DNA of 64,000 nt from assembly GCA_030697645.1 (NCBI GenBank), contig JAUYPI010000018.1:10457-74456 (forward strand), written 5' to 3'. The translations under genes were made by a program, and so were the position numbers. The notes under the pieces are model-generated. The model was not told where the DNA came from. It saw only the letters and a program-made list of their open reading frames with translations, and searched no databases. Source of the stretch: a bacterium (GTDB taxonomy: Bacteria > Patescibacteriota > Minisyncoccia > Phycocordibacterales > VMGT01). Shown piece by piece: positions 62,053 through 64,000 of this stretch (positions are counted from its first letter, which is position 1; each line of letters begins with the position of its first letter).

Positions 62053-63216
62053 ATGTTAAGGGCTCGTCCAAAAATTTTTTATGTTGCGAACGCACGGATG
62101 CCCTCGGAAAAAGCGCACGGGATTCAGCTCGCGAAGATGTGCGAGGCGTTTATTGAGCAGGGCGTTGATCTTACGCTTGTGGTGCCGCGTGTGAGTGGTG
62201 GCGGCCACGGCAGCGTGCGTGCGTACTACGGCCTGCGCGTCGATGTGCCTACTGTTTTTTTGCCTGTTCTAAATTTTTTTCCATCGGCGTCGTGGGGTTT
62301 TACGCTCCGGGCGTTTTCGTTTGCGGTGAGTTCGTTTTTGTATGTGTTGCTCAAGCGGCTGCGGTACGGCCGCGCTGGCGCGTTTATCTACACAATAGAC
62401 CTTGATCAATTTTCCTATTTTCTCTTGCCGCTTGCAGGGTTTCCGGTTTTTTTTGAGGCACACGGGGGGAAGTGGTCGAGTGCGTTTTTGCGGTTTTTCC
62501 TCCGCCGCGTGCGTGGCGTTATCACAAACAGCGGCGGCACCAAGGCCGCTCTCTTGCGAGATTTTGATCTCGCCGAAGCGCGCGTCGTCGTCGAGCCGAA
62601 CGGTATTGATCTTGCTCAGTTTGCTGCGCTCCCCACGCGAGAGGAGGCGCGGCGCGCGCTTGGCTTGCCGCAAGAAGCCGAGATCGCGCTCTACGTCGGT
62701 CGTTTCTACGGGTGGAAGGGGCTCAGTATTCTTATCGAGGCGGCGCGATTGCTCCCAAATGTCGCCTTTTGGCTCGTCGGCGGCGGGATTGAGGAATTTT
62801 GCGGTGTCGCGGGCGTCTCGATGAGCGACGTGCCCGCAAACATTTCTTTTGTTGGCGGCGTGTCGCAGAGCGAGGTGCCGCGCTGGCTCGCCGCCGCAGA
62901 CGTCCTCCTCGTCCTCGGCACGCAGCACAACGAGTACTCCTGGCGCGAGACCTCGCCGATGAAGCTTTTTGAATACATGGCCTCGCGCCGTCCCATAGTC
63001 GCGAGCGCGACGCCGGCAAACAGAGAAATTGTCTCCGACGACGAGGCGATCTTTTATACGCCCGACGATGCAGATTCTCTCGCACGCGCAATTACACGCG
63101 CGCTTGGCGAACGAGAGATTTCTACCGCACTCACTGACAGAGCGTTCGCGAAAGTCGCTCGATGGACCTGGTCCGAGCGCGCGAGGCGAGTGCTTGACTT
63201 TTGCTTACGTTCGTGA
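62053..63216 (+). CDS. family-4 (GT-B) glycosyltransferase
   Basis: GT4 C-terminal domain with an E-x7-E-type motif region (EYSWRETSPMKLFEYMASRRPIVAS) and an N-terminal GT-B half. Confidence 0.8.
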   Translation: MLRARPKIFYVANARMPSEKAHGIQLAKMCEAFIEQGVDLTLVVPRVSGGGHGSVRAYYGLRVDVPTVFLPVLNFFPSASWGFTLRAFSFAVSSFLYVLLKRLRYGRAGAFIYTIDLDQFSYFLLPLAGFPVFFEAHGGKWSSAFLRFFLRRVRGVITNSGGTKAALLRDFDLAEARVVVEPNGIDLAQFAALPTREEARRALGLPQEAEIALYVGRFYGWKGLSILIEAARLLPNVAFWLVGGGIEEFCGVAGVSMSDVPANISFVGGVSQSEVPRWLAAADVLLVLGTQHNEYSWRETSPMKLFEYMASRRPIVASATPANREIVSDDEAIFYTPDDADSLARAITRALGEREISTALTDRAFAKVARWTWSERARRVLDFCLRS

Positions 63217-63382
63217 TAGTGAACTAGCAGATGAACGCACCAACGAGATCCAGGCGTTATCCCTTTGTTCATGTGTTCAATGAAGTCCAGAGGAGGAGAG
63301 GATTGCAGTACCCACAGCCCCGTATCGTTTTCGCAGGAGCGAGCGTGCAATCTACGCGGAGATTTTCTTCCCAAAGAAGGTC

Positions 63383-63802
63383 GTGTACATGCGCGAGGTT
63401 TATCGGGCCTTGGAGGAAAGTTTACAAGAAAGTATAGTGAGGAGCGACCTGATGACGAATGCACCAGATCTGCTGGTTGAATTGCAGGACTACACCAATC
63501 TTTTCGATCCCCAGCAGTACAGAAGAATGTATCCCCGCACGACACCGATCACGGTTGCAGAAGCCCATCAGCGCATTTTACGGTATCGAACTGTCATCGC
63601 TGGCTGGTCAATCTATGAAGTTGATGGCGTCTACATGAACCCGCGTCGTGACCAACCGGACGATGAGTTGACACAGGTGGTGCGGCTCGTTTTCCGTCCG
63701 GAGAATCATATAAGGAGGAACATAAAGCGGGTAGAAAAAGCACGCAAAATTCATGGCCGCAGACAGTACTACGCAGCGTATCAAAGGCGTCGTCGCGCGT
63801 AG
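63383..63802 (+). CDS. hypothetical protein
   Basis: ORF with a basic C-terminus. No recognisable motif. Confidence 0.4.
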   Translation: MYMREVYRALEESLQESIVRSDLMTNAPDLLVELQDYTNLFDPQQYRRMYPRTTPITVAEAHQRILRYRTVIAGWSIYEVDGVYMNPRRDQPDDELTQVVRLVFRPENHIRRNIKRVEKARKIHGRRQYYAAYQRRRRA

Positions 63803-64000
63803 AGGCACCACGGTACACAAAAAGTCATCATCGAGCCGGCTTCCTTCGTGGAGCCGGTTTTGTTTCTATGCCACACCATGTTCAGTTTGGTCCTGGTTGC
63901 CGACACCCACACGGACGTGTGGCTCGCGACCGAGGAAGAGTTGCTGCCGGAGAACTCCTGCGGCCACTGGTATCCGCGGCACGTTGCACTTCGTGCGCTC

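Noticed and set aside
63054-63545. 163-aa minus-strand ORF overlapping the end of the GT4 gene
   Set aside because: It overlaps a well-supported glycosyltransferase on the other strand, and its translation is Ser/Arg/Pro-rich.

Overview
This 64-kb window is high-GC (~60%) bacterial DNA, densely coded on both strands, with several short AT-rich accessory islets that sit next to tRNA genes or the tmRNA gene.

Recognisable core genes:
- Stress and envelope: Ni-superoxide dismutase, a VIT1/ferritin-like fusion, Tag glycosylase, NrnA-like DHH phosphoesterase, MurD, Dxr, UppS, acylphosphatase.
- Nucleic-acid handling and translation: RNase Y, HU, SmpB followed by tmRNA, ribosomal protein L19, an RluA-family pseudouridine synthase, RuvX/YqgF.
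- Central metabolism: TpiA and Pgk.
- Type IV pilus/competence set: pilB, pilC, four prepilin-like genes and a large pilus-associated protein, with pilM/pilN/pilO about 30 kb away and a ComEC metallo-beta-lactamase-domain protein.
- Exopolysaccharide-type locus: a GT2 synthase and a NodB-type deacetylase, flanked by a two-component system and an ECF sigma / anti-sigma pair.
- Three type II toxin-antitoxin pairs (MazEF-like, RelB/RelE-like, and HTH-Panacea/ParE-like).
- A free-standing LAGLIDADG endonuclease abutting tRNA-Leu.
- tRNAs: Ile, Leu(CAG), Thr, Leu(GAG), Ser, and a cluster Arg, Val(TAC), Val(CAC), Ala.

The most striking non-genic signal is a family of at least 15 long imperfect palindromes made of heptad units (AATTTTC on one arm, GAAAATT on the other, plus a TTTCCAA-type variant). 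They sit immediately 5' of the start codons of the pilus genes, tpiA, pgk, smpB, pilM and pilO, and occasionally intrude in-frame into coding sequence. One copy carries a nested 165-bp MITE-like insertion.

Other unusual structures:
- A second, ~180-bp MITE-like element with 17-bp terminal inverted repeats, present in two copies.
- A tRNA-like gene whose anticodon arm is replaced by a 13-bp helix carrying a complete tRNA-Val(CAC).
- A ~107-bp direct duplication of the tmRNA 3' end that brackets a 1.5-kb islet encoding a K+-channel-like protein.
- An AT-rich islet beside tRNA-Ser carrying a Panacea-type toxin-antitoxin pair and degraded restriction-modification-like remnants, flanked by degenerate tRNA-Ser-like repeats.

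All calls were made by reading the sequence and the ORF translations. No searches were run, and start codons are often ambiguous because the ORF track allows non-ATG starts.
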